Of a stretch of DNA of 64,000 nucleotides, positions 36,323-44,491 are shown in pieces. The position numbers were made by a program, and so were the translations under genes. Numbering within the stretch: position 1 is the first letter of the stretch; every line of letters begins with the position of its first letter. This stretch comes from Vulcanimicrobiaceae bacterium (GTDB taxonomy: Bacteria > Vulcanimicrobiota > Vulcanimicrobiia > Vulcanimicrobiales > Vulcanimicrobiaceae). Where the stretch lies: assembly GCA_035694945.1 (NCBI GenBank), contig DASSEZ010000029.1, positions 44,088 through 108,087 of the forward strand, given 5' to 3'. Below the pieces are notes generated by a model. The model saw only the letters and a program-made list of their open reading frames with translations. It made no database searches and was not told the origin of the DNA.

Positions 36323-37267
36323 ATGCAAACCGCGGGTGAAACGGTGCCTTTGCGCCCTTTATCGCTGGGCGAAATTTTCGATCGCGCGCTGACCCTCTAC
36401 GTGCGCAATTTCGTGCCCTTTACGCTCATCGTGGCGGTGCTGGTCGTACCGCTTGCCATCGTGCAGTATTTCATCGGCGCGCAAGAGAGCGGTTCGCTCA
36501 CACAGATTCTCGCGCAGATCGAACATCCCGGCAAAACGCTGCCCACTGCCGATGCCGCCGCGTTCGAAGGCTGGAGCGTGCTGCTGATCGTGCTCGCGGT
36601 GCTGTTTAACGCGTTTACCATCGTCGCTCTTGCCGTAGCCGTCGGACGTTTGTATCGCGGTGAAGCCCCGCAGTGGCGTGCCTGCTGGACGATTGCGCTC
36701 AGGCGCAGCGGCGCGGTTCTCATGACGCTCCTGTGCGAACTGGGCGTCTTTGTCTGCGTCGTGTTCGCCGGTGCGATCGCGATCACGATCGTCGCCGTCG
36801 TCGCCGCTCTGCTCGTGCGCAGTTCGGCGGCGCTCGGCATCGCCGCATTCGCCGTCGCATTCGTCGTCGGCATCGCCTGGTTTCTAGCGTTCGTGCTCTG
36901 CTATCTGGCGTTCGGCTTTGCGTTCAATGCGCTTGGCGTTGAAAACGCGCCCATCGGCGCCGCAATAGGCAGCGGCTTCTCGCGCATCTTCAACCGCTCG
37001 GAATTGCTTCGCGCGGTCTTGATTTGTCTTGCGCTCGCCGTCATCTACTTCGGCATCTCGGTGCTCTCGATGAGCGTTGGGGCGATGTTCGAGCTGATGC
37101 ACCTGTATGCGGTGACGGTGACCGTCAACGCGCTGCTCTCGCTCGTGATGACGGCGCTGCTCGGCGTGCTGCTCGTCGTCTACTATTTCGACGTACGCGT
37201 TCGGCGCGAGGGCCTGGACATGCAGGCCGACATGACGAGCCTGCAGCCCGTCGCCCCATCGCCGTGA
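36323..37267 (+). CDS. Polytopic membrane protein (GPDPase-membrane-domain-like), first gene of the MoxR module
   Basis: The N-terminus LSLGEIFDRALTLYVRNFVPFTLIVAVLVVPLAIVQYF is followed by six or more TM helices. Confidence 0.6.
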   Translation: MQTAGETVPLRPLSLGEIFDRALTLYVRNFVPFTLIVAVLVVPLAIVQYFIGAQESGSLTQILAQIEHPGKTLPTADAAAFEGWSVLLIVLAVLFNAFTIVALAVAVGRLYRGEAPQWRACWTIALRRSGAVLMTLLCELGVFVCVVFAGAIAITIVAVVAALLVRSSAALGIAAFAVAFVVGIAWFLAFVLCYLAFGFAFNALGVENAPIGAAIGSGFSRIFNRSELLRAVLICLALAVIYFGISVLSMSVGAMFELMHLYAVTVTVNALLSLVMTALLGVLLVVYYFDVRVRREGLDMQADMTSLQPVAPSP

Positions 37268-37926
37268 GCGTGCTCGCGCGGTTCGGCGTGCACGCCGCAC
37301 GGCACGATCCGCACGCGCTTGCGCGAGCGATCCTCGCTCAACCGCGCTTTCGCATGCAGGTGACGGGCGTGCGCCCGCGCACCTGGTGGGACGCGCTGCG
37401 CGACTGGGTCGGCGATCGCTGGAATCAACTTATCGACGCATTTTCGCACCATGTGCGGATCGGTGCCAAGACCAGCGTAGCAATCGGCGACGTGCTGCTT
37501 GTCGCCGTTATCGTGCTCGTGCTCGTCGTAGCCGTTCGCCTGCTGCTCGGCATGGTGCGCGAAAATGGCGCCGCGTCGCAAGGCGTGCGGGAATTGCCGG
37601 TTCGCGCCGATGCGAATGCGCTTCATGCGGCGGCGCAAGAGGCTGCGGCACGTAACGAGTACGCGCATGCGATCGCGCTGCTGCTGCGTGCCGCCTTGGC
37701 AACGCTCGATGCGCGCGGCGTGCTGCGCGACGATCCGGCGCGAACGGTGAACGAGTGCCGCCGCGACGTGCGAGCGAACGCACCGCAGCTAAACGCACCG
37801 TTCGACGCCATCGCGCGTGCGTTCACCGCGGCCGTCTATGCCGAAGACCGCGTAACGCACGAGCAGTGGACGCAAGCCGAGCGCGCGTATGCGGCGTTCG
37901 CGAAGCCGCAAAGCCATGCCGCCTAA
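37264..37926 (+). CDS. DUF4129-like membrane-anchored protein
   Basis: The GTG start overlaps the previous stop (GTGA). It has one TM helix (VLLVAVIVLVLVVAV). The C-terminal DDPARTVNECRRDV...FTAAVYAED fits the pattern of DUF4129. Confidence 0.6.
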   Translation: MSVLARFGVHAARHDPHALARAILAQPRFRMQVTGVRPRTWWDALRDWVGDRWNQLIDAFSHHVRIGAKTSVAIGDVLLVAVIVLVLVVAVRLLLGMVRENGAASQGVRELPVRADANALHAAAQEAAARNEYAHAIALLLRAALATLDARGVLRDDPARTVNECRRDVRANAPQLNAPFDAIARAFTAAVYAEDRVTHEQWTQAERAYAAFAKPQSHAA

Positions 37927-38998
37927 ACGGTTCGCCGATCTCGCAATCGTCATCGCGGCGCTGGTGCTGCTGGTGGCGCTGGCATTTCTACGCCAGTCGC
38001 AGCAGGCACGCCAAATCAGCATACCGTCGACGTATGACACCGGCGCCAATGGCTACGCGGCGCTCTACGACTTGCTCGCGCGCGAGGGCACGCGCGTGCA
38101 GCGCTTCGAATTGCCGCTCGGAGAACTTTCTTCGAAAAACGCCGCGCTGGTGCTCGCCGGACGCGACGCACTTGCGGGCGCGGCTTCGAGTACCGGAACG
38201 CTGCAGTTTTTGGATCGCTGGGTGCACGCGGGCGGCACGCTGGTCGTGCTCGACGACGCCGTGAGCGCATCCGCACGCCGCACGCTCGCTTTGCCGCAAG
38301 CGCATCAGATCGTCCGCCAAACGCGCGCGTTCGCCGGCTGCGCGTTTGCCGGCAGACTGCGCGGCGCGCAGATCGCCGGCGCGTTTACGGGCGGTTACAC
38401 ATCGGCGTGCAAAGGGGATCGCGCGACGCTGTTTTCCGCGGAGCACACCGCCGTGGGCATTGCGCTCAAACGCGGGCGGGGCGCCGTCGTGCTGCTCACG
38501 AGTCCCAGCGTGTTCGACAACCTGCATCTGGCGCAGCAGTCCAACGCCCGCGCGGCGTATGCGCTGCTCGGCGGCGGAACGGTGATCTTCGACGAGCGCG
38601 TGCACGGGCACGCCGCGGGCCGCACGTTTTGGGAAGTGCTTCCGATGCCGATGCACGTCGCGATCTGGCTAGCGATCGGCATCGTGCTGATCGCCATCGT
38701 GGGCGCGAATCTGCCGTTTGCGCCGCCGATTGCGCCTCAGGCACCGGAAGAGCGCGACTCCGGCGCGTATATCGCATCTGTAGCGCACATGCTGCAGCGG
38801 GGCGGTGCGGCGCGGGAGGCCATTCTGCGGATCAGCGGGCGCTGCACGCAGGTACTCTCGGTGCGTCCGCGCGATGAGCTCGCGCGCATGCTTCTGCGCG
38901 AACTGCGCACGTTGGAGGCAATCCCCCGTCCCGGCGCGCACGACGTTCTGCACGCGGGGCACATTTATGCACGCGTGCGAAAGGAATACGGATGCTGA
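37916..38998 (+). CDS. DUF4350-like protein
   Basis: An N-terminal TM helix is followed by GANGYAALYDLLAREGTRV ... FLDRWVHAGGTLVVLDD, and there is a C-terminal TM helix. ATG 37916 overlaps the upstream gene by 11 nt. Confidence 0.55.
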   Translation: MPPKRFADLAIVIAALVLLVALAFLRQSQQARQISIPSTYDTGANGYAALYDLLAREGTRVQRFELPLGELSSKNAALVLAGRDALAGAASSTGTLQFLDRWVHAGGTLVVLDDAVSASARRTLALPQAHQIVRQTRAFAGCAFAGRLRGAQIAGAFTGGYTSACKGDRATLFSAEHTAVGIALKRGRGAVVLLTSPSVFDNLHLAQQSNARAAYALLGGGTVIFDERVHGHAAGRTFWEVLPMPMHVAIWLAIGIVLIAIVGANLPFAPPIAPQAPEERDSGAYIASVAHMLQRGGAAREAILRISGRCTQVLSVRPRDELARMLLRELRTLEAIPRPGAHDVLHAGHIYARVRKEYGC

Positions 38999-39960
38999 CG
39001 AGCAGCGCACACGAACTGGCCGAACGCCTAACGCAGGGCATGCAGCAAATTATCGTCGACGGAGAGCGAACGACGTTCGCACTGCTCGTCGCGCTGTTCT
39101 CGCGCGGACACGCACTCATCGAAGGCGTTCCCGGTACCGGCAAGACGCTCGCGGTGCGCGCGCTGGCCTCGCTCATCGGTGCACAGTACCGCCGCATTCA
39201 ATTCACGCCGGATCTGCTGCCTGCCGACATCGTCGGCACGACGGTCTTCAACCCGCAGAGCGCGCAGTTCAGCACCCGCACGGGCCCGATCTTCACCAAC
39301 GTCTTGCTCGCCGACGAGATCAATCGCACGCCGCCCAAAACGCAGTCCGCGCTGCTCGAAGCGATGGAGGAAGCGCGCGTGACGATCGACGGCGCGCCGC
39401 TCGCGCTGCCGCAGCCGTTCTTCGTGTGCGCGACGCAAAACCCGATCGAATACGAAGGGACCTATCCGCTGCCTGAAGCGCAACTCGACCGTTTCCTCGT
39501 GAAAATCGAAGCGTCGTATCCGCGCGAAGAACAGGAACTGCGGTTGCTTTCGCGCGTTGCCGAGGGGTTCGATGCGCGCACGATCGAGCCGGACAAAACC
39601 GCGGCGCTGGCGCAGCCGGCGGAAGTACTCCAAGCGCAGGCGCAGGTGCGCGCGGTACACGTCTCGGCAGGCGTGCAGCGCTACGTGTACGCAATCGTTG
39701 CGGCAACGCGCGCTCATCGGCAACTCGCGCTTGGCGCCAGTCCCCGCGCCGGCGTGTCGCTGCTGCTCGCCTCGCAAGCTGCTGCGGCAATCGACACGCG
39801 CGCGTTCGCGACGCCGGACGACGTCAAGGCCGTCGCGCCGCTCGTGCTCGCGCATCGGCTCATCGTGCAGCCGCAAGCGGAGATCGATGGCGTGCGCGCC
39901 GCGGGCGTGCTCGACGAGGTGCTGCAGTCGATTCCGGTGCCGCGTGACACCTCGGCGTGA
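38992..39960 (+). CDS. MoxR-family AAA+ ATPase
   Basis: It has Walker A (GVPGTGKT), RIQFTPDLLPADIVGT, Walker B (LLADEINRTPPKTQSALLEAMEE) and ATQNPIEYEGTYPLPEAQLDRF. Confidence 0.92.
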   Translation: MLTSSAHELAERLTQGMQQIIVDGERTTFALLVALFSRGHALIEGVPGTGKTLAVRALASLIGAQYRRIQFTPDLLPADIVGTTVFNPQSAQFSTRTGPIFTNVLLADEINRTPPKTQSALLEAMEEARVTIDGAPLALPQPFFVCATQNPIEYEGTYPLPEAQLDRFLVKIEASYPREEQELRLLSRVAEGFDARTIEPDKTAALAQPAEVLQAQAQVRAVHVSAGVQRYVYAIVAATRAHRQLALGASPRAGVSLLLASQAAAAIDTRAFATPDDVKAVAPLVLAHRLIVQPQAEIDGVRAAGVLDEVLQSIPVPRDTSA

Positions 39961-41287
39961 GCGGTTTTTCGTCGCCGTTTGGATTGCGCCGCGCGGCTAT
40001 GCGGCGCTAGCGCTGCTGGCGCTGCTGCTTGCCGTGTCGGCGGCGTTCGCGCCGCTGTTGTGGGCGGCGGCGGCGTTCGGTGCGCTCACCACGTTCGCGT
40101 TTCTGTTGGATGCTTTGCTGGGGCCGCCGCGCGACCAAATTCATGTCGAGCGCGTTGCGCCGCAGCCGTTTTCACTGCGCCGGCGGGGTACGCTCGCCTA
40201 TCGCGTGGGCAATACGTCGCGGTACGGCGTGATCGCCGGTCTGGTGGAAACACCCGTTCCGCTGCTGCGCTACGAGCAGGACGAAGTGTGCGCGGCGATT
40301 CCGCCGCAACGTGAAGCACGAATAGAGCGGCCGGTAACACCCGTTGCGCGCGGCAGCGCGCGGTTGGGAACCGTCTACGCGTGGTACGAAAACGGCCTGC
40401 GTCTGCTGCGCCGCCGCATGCGTGTTGCGCAAGAGCAGTCGCTGCGCGTGTATCCCGATCTCTCGGCAGTCGAACGCTACGGCAGCCTGCACATGCGTAA
40501 CCGTTTAATCGAAGCGGGCTTGCGGCGCATGAAGCTGCGCGGCATGGGCACCGAACCGGAAAGCGTGCGGGAGTGGGCGCCCGGCGATCCGTTTCGTGCC
40601 ATCAACTGGAAAGCCACGGCTCGCCGCGGGCGCGTGATGGTGGCGCAGTACGAAGTGGAACGCACGCAAAACGTGATGATTCTGCTGGACGCGGGTCGCT
40701 TGATGACGCCGCGCGTGGACGAGCAGCGCAAACTCGATTATGCGGTCACCGCCGCGTTATCGGTTGCGGCCGTTGCTGCTCTGGCGAACGACAAAGTCGG
40801 CGTCGTCGCATTTGCCGGAGAGATTCTGCGCGCATCGGCGCCCCGGCCGAGCGGGCGATCGAGCAGCCGCATCGCCGCCGCATTGCACGATCTGGAGCCT
40901 GCCTTCGAAGAGTCCGATTACGATAGCGCATTCGCGTACGTCCGAACGCACGTGCACAAGCGCAGCCTCATCGTCTTTTTCACCGACATGGTCGATCCGG
41001 TCGCGCAAAGCACGGTGCTCGCGCAGATCGGCACGCTCGCGCGCCGTCATCTCGTCGTTTGCGCGTTCATGAACGACGGCGCCATCGAACGGCGCTTGGA
41101 GGCGCCCGCTCAGCACGTCGGCGACGTGTACGCCGCTGCCGTTGCGCTCGAACTGCAAGAGGAACGCAAGACTGCGGCCGCCGTGCTCTCGCGTATGGGC
41201 GTTGCGGTCATCGACGTGCCCGCGCGCGAACTCACGACCGCGCTCATCGATCGCTACCTGCAGATCAAATCGCGCGGACTGCTCTAG
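39944..41287 (+). CDS. DUF58 (VWA-like) protein, MoxR partner
   Basis: It contains VREWAPGDPFRAINWKATARRGRVMVAQYEVERTQNVMILLDAG, the DUF58 signature. Two N-terminal TM helices are present. GTG 39944 overlaps the moxR end. Confidence 0.8.
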   Translation: MTPRRERFFVAVWIAPRGYAALALLALLLAVSAAFAPLLWAAAAFGALTTFAFLLDALLGPPRDQIHVERVAPQPFSLRRRGTLAYRVGNTSRYGVIAGLVETPVPLLRYEQDEVCAAIPPQREARIERPVTPVARGSARLGTVYAWYENGLRLLRRRMRVAQEQSLRVYPDLSAVERYGSLHMRNRLIEAGLRRMKLRGMGTEPESVREWAPGDPFRAINWKATARRGRVMVAQYEVERTQNVMILLDAGRLMTPRVDEQRKLDYAVTAALSVAAVAALANDKVGVVAFAGEILRASAPRPSGRSSSRIAAALHDLEPAFEESDYDSAFAYVRTHVHKRSLIVFFTDMVDPVAQSTVLAQIGTLARRHLVVCAFMNDGAIERRLEAPAQHVGDVYAAAVALELQEERKTAAAVLSRMGVAVIDVPARELTTALIDRYLQIKSRGLL

Positions 41288-41290
41288 GGA

Positions 41291-41524
41291 CTAGACCTCC
41301 TCGTCGTCGTCCTCTTCCTCGTCGTCTTCCTCTTCTTCGTACTCGCCCTCGCTCTCGCTGTACGCTTCGCGCTCGAGCAAACTAATCGCAATGCTCAGCT
41401 GCGCCAGGGCGCTCGCTTTTTCGGTATCGATTGTGCCCGCGCTGAGCGTGTTGCGCAGCGTGACGTATGCGGACGTGAGATCGTTGAGCCGGTCTTCTTG
41501 CGTGAGTTCGATGTCTTCATTCAT
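41291..41524 (-). CDS. 77-aa protein with a poly-acidic C-terminal tail
   Basis: Its ATG overlaps the stop of the upstream SpoIIM-like gene (ATGA). The helical N-half is followed by EGEYEEEEDDEEEDDDEEV. Confidence 0.5.
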   Translation of the reverse strand: MNEDIELTQEDRLNDLTSAYVTLRNTLSAGTIDTEKASALAQLSIAISLLEREAYSESEGEYEEEEDDEEEDDDEEV

Positions 41525-42498
41525 GACGAACGCTTATACCCGCGCCCGCACAAACCAAAATACGCGAGCAGGCCGATGCCGGTCGCGATGCCGACGCCCG
41601 CCCGGACGTCCGCCGGAAAGCGCAGCGGCGAAAAGAACCCTTCGATTATGCCGGCCACGCAGAGCATCGCCGTAACGCCGGCGATGAGCACGCCCGCGCG
41701 CCTGCTATTGCCGGCGATGGCATCGCGGCGTCGCAAGCGCCCCGGCAGCAGCACACCGCTTGCGACGAGCAGTCCTCCGCCGCCGGCGATCTGTATCGCC
41801 GTCAATTCGATGAACCCGTGCGGTGCGACGGTCGCCCAAAAATCGAGGCCGAAGCCCGCGTGCGCGAACAGTGCACCGAGTGCTCCCAGCATCAGCGCGT
41901 TGAAGATGATGAGATAGAGCGTGCCGATCCCCGCGGTCACGATGCCGGCGGCAAACGTCAGATACGCGACGCGAATATTATTGGTGATGATCATCGACGA
42001 CATCATTGCCGACGCGTCGGGGGTGAACGCGAAGTTCGAATCGTGCAGACTCTTTGTGATGTGCGCCGGAATGATGCTCTCCGGCACCAGCGCGTACGCA
42101 TTTGCCGAATCGTTTGCGACGATTGCGTACGCGACGGCCGTCCAGACGATCGTGAGCAGAATGCACAAGCCAATCGGTCTTGCGGACCGGCGCACCTCTG
42201 CGGGAAAGGTTTCGACGAAAAACCGCGCGATGCGCGCCCGTCCCGTTTCGACGTTGGAACCGTAGACATGCGCATGCGCGCGTGCCGTAAGCCGGTTGAG
42301 GTAATGCACCGTTTGCGCGTCAAAGCCGTGCGCTTGCGCGTATGCCAGATCGGACGTCGTCCACCGGTACAAGCGGCCGAGTTCGAAAAGCTCGTCCGCA
42401 TGCAGCGTTCGCAGCCCCCGCCGGCCCGCGAGCGATACCAGCGCCTCCAGCCGTTCCCATGCGGCGCCGCGCCGCCGTACGAATGTCCGCTCGTCCAC
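41521..42498 (-). CDS. Stage II sporulation protein M-like membrane protein
   Basis: The N-terminal FVRRRGAAWERLEALV...LFELGRLYRWTTSDLAYA is followed by about six TM helices, the pattern of the SpoIIM (PF01944) family. Confidence 0.7.
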   Translation of the reverse strand: MDERTFVRRRGAAWERLEALVSLAGRRGLRTLHADELFELGRLYRWTTSDLAYAQAHGFDAQTVHYLNRLTARAHAHVYGSNVETGRARIARFFVETFPAEVRRSARPIGLCILLTIVWTAVAYAIVANDSANAYALVPESIIPAHITKSLHDSNFAFTPDASAMMSSMIITNNIRVAYLTFAAGIVTAGIGTLYLIIFNALMLGALGALFAHAGFGLDFWATVAPHGFIELTAIQIAGGGGLLVASGVLLPGRLRRRDAIAGNSRRAGVLIAGVTAMLCVAGIIEGFFSPLRFPADVRAGVGIATGIGLLAYFGLCGRGYKRSS

Positions 42499-42594
42499 GA
42501 TGCACTAATGCGGCACGCTCGGCGATCGCCCTTGCAAAAACGGAACGCTCCCCAAAGCGGGGCGCGCGCCGGAGAAGCCGAAGCGCCGCTAGCA

Positions 42595-43323
42595 ATGGAC
42601 CGGTCTGTGAGCGTTCGGACGCCCGAAAGTATCGCGTTTTCTTATGAACTGGCGGGACTGGGCAGCCGCTTTTTGGCGCTCATGGTCGATATGGCGATCC
42701 AATTCGCCGTCCTCGCGGCAATTTTCGGCGCGCTCGTCTTTATCGGCTCGCATACCCCGCAAACCAAAACGCCTGCGCCGGCTCGTCTCGGAGACTCCAT
42801 CGCGACGGCCATCGTGGTTGCGACGATCTTCGTCGTGTTCTTCGGCTACTTCATCGCATTCGAAGCGTTCTGGAGTGGGCTAACGCCGGGAAAGAAACTG
42901 CTCGGCATCCGCGTCGTGCGCGACGGCGGCTATCCCATAGATGCTGCGGGATCGTTCATTCGCAATGTGATTCGCGTCGGCGAGGCCATACTCGGGTTTT
43001 ACGCACTCAGCGCTGTTGCAACGCTGATTTCCGCGGAGAACAAGCGCTTGGGCGATTTGGCGGCGGGTACGATCGTCGTGCGCGACGAGCGCGCACCGAG
43101 TCTGACCGCAATCATGGCGCACGCCGAAGGAGAACAGCGGCGCGCCGCCATGCTCACCGATGAAGAGCACGCGCTCATCGCGCGCTTCATGGCGCGGCGC
43201 AAAGCTATGGCATCGCACTACCGCCGACAACTGGCGGCACAAATCGCCGACCGCATCCGCAGCCGCGTTTCGAGCGATCTGCGGCGCTTGGACGACGAAG
43301 ATCTGCTCGAACACTTGAATTAG
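42595..43323 (+). CDS. RDD family membrane protein
   Basis: It contains AGLGSRFLALMVDMAIQ, GLTPGKKLLGIRVVRDGG and RLGDLAAGTIVVRD. Confidence 0.8.
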   Translation: MDRSVSVRTPESIAFSYELAGLGSRFLALMVDMAIQFAVLAAIFGALVFIGSHTPQTKTPAPARLGDSIATAIVVATIFVVFFGYFIAFEAFWSGLTPGKKLLGIRVVRDGGYPIDAAGSFIRNVIRVGEAILGFYALSAVATLISAENKRLGDLAAGTIVVRDERAPSLTAIMAHAEGEQRRAAMLTDEEHALIARFMARRKAMASHYRRQLAAQIADRIRSRVSSDLRRLDDEDLLEHLN

Positions 43324-43502
43324 TAAGAGGCTAGTCCGGCCCACGATATCCGTTCGGCAAGACGCTCGCAGTTTCACGTCCTGTGAAATTGCTGCTTCTC
43401 CGCATTTTTCGCAAAGCAAGCTTTGAAGCTGCCATCCATGGCAGGGCGAAAAACGTCGGAGACTTGCCGCCCGAACACCGTGGGCCGGACTAGCCTCTTA
43501 CT
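43322..43502. repeat. 181-bp element bounded by perfect 24-bp terminal inverted repeats (long hairpin)
   Basis: agtaagaggctagtccggcccacg (43322-43345) is the exact reverse complement of 43479-43502. The interior pairs further (gttcggcaag/cttg..ccgaac, tttcac/gtgaaa, ctgcca/tggcag). The arms contain the stop codons of both convergent genes. Confidence 0.8.
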
Positions 43503-44487
43503 TCTTTTTTGTGATACGTGAGATGAGATCGCGGGCGAACGTCATCGCTTCGTTCTTCGTACTCTCGTACAGCGATTTCGCTTGGCCGCTGCTCATGTGG
43601 CGGCCGTGCTCGTAGTAGAACGTCACGCCTTCGCCGACGACGATCGTACCCGCGTATGCGATGGCGCCCTTGATCGCGATGCCGGCGACCGGAATAAAGC
43701 CGGAAAGTTCGCGCGCGAGCGAGCGCCATCCGAAACCGCCACCGATAACCGGCAGCAACTGCCACATGCGCTGCACGTCCGGATCGCGACCGTACGCGGC
43801 TTCGATGTGCAGCATCAGCATCATCTGAATGCCGGTGATCGCCATCATGTCGCCCGCTGATGCGAATACGCCCATCACCAGGCCCACGACGGGAATGTGA
43901 TCGACGACCGCGCTGGCCAGCGCGACCTTGAGCGCGTTATTCGCGGCGTCTCGCGTCAACTTGGCCGCGACCGTTTCACGCATCGGCGGCAAACAGCGTC
44001 CTACCGCGATCTCCACGCCTTTGCACAGATCGACGATATGCGGAAAGACGCGGCCGCGCAGCGCTTCGCGCGTGAGCGCGGGCACGGTGTATTCCGCAAA
44101 CTGTCCGCGCGAGGGTGCGGACGCCGGTCCCGACGGTTGAGCCTGATCGTCGACCGTGATGGCGATGATCGGCAGGTTGAGCGCGCGCAGCGGCGCCATC
44201 GTTGCACCGGAGACGTCGCCGCCGCGGCCCAGGAAAATAACGACCCGCGCTTCGCTCACCAACGAGCCTTGGGTGACGCCCGGCAGCAGCGTTTCCAGAC
44301 ACGCCGCGGCCTCGAACGGTACGGATTCGTCGGTGTGGCCCGAGAGCAGGAAGGTGCGCAGCTCGGCTACCAGCGCGGGATCGCCGCACAGATAGAAGCG
44401 GAACGGTTTGCGGACGTTCGCGCTGACCATCTTGACGTCGATGCCTTTGCGAACGAGCCGCAGAATGTCGCCGGTAGCCGTTGCCAT
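43498..44487 (-). CDS. DUF697-like protein with a degenerate GTPase-like N-domain
   Basis: The C-terminal half (NALKVALASAVVDHIPVVG...DMMAITGIQMMLMLHIEAAYG) fits DUF697/YcjF-like proteins. The N-half has a Rossmann-like pattern without an intact P-loop. Confidence 0.5.
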   Translation of the reverse strand: MATATGDILRLVRKGIDVKMVSANVRKPFRFYLCGDPALVAELRTFLLSGHTDESVPFEAAACLETLLPGVTQGSLVSEARVVIFLGRGGDVSGATMAPLRALNLPIIAITVDDQAQPSGPASAPSRGQFAEYTVPALTREALRGRVFPHIVDLCKGVEIAVGRCLPPMRETVAAKLTRDAANNALKVALASAVVDHIPVVGLVMGVFASAGDMMAITGIQMMLMLHIEAAYGRDPDVQRMWQLLPVIGGGFGWRSLARELSGFIPVAGIAIKGAIAYAGTIVVGEGVTFYYEHGRHMSSGQAKSLYESTKNEAMTFARDLISRITKKK

Positions 44488-44491
44488 GCTG

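Noticed and set aside
36272-36328. The ORF-track start 36328 for the MOSC gene.
   Set aside because: It would overlap the divergent membrane-protein gene starting at 36323. The MOSC N-terminal beta-barrel motif (AAIWRYPVKS) begins just after ATG 36271.
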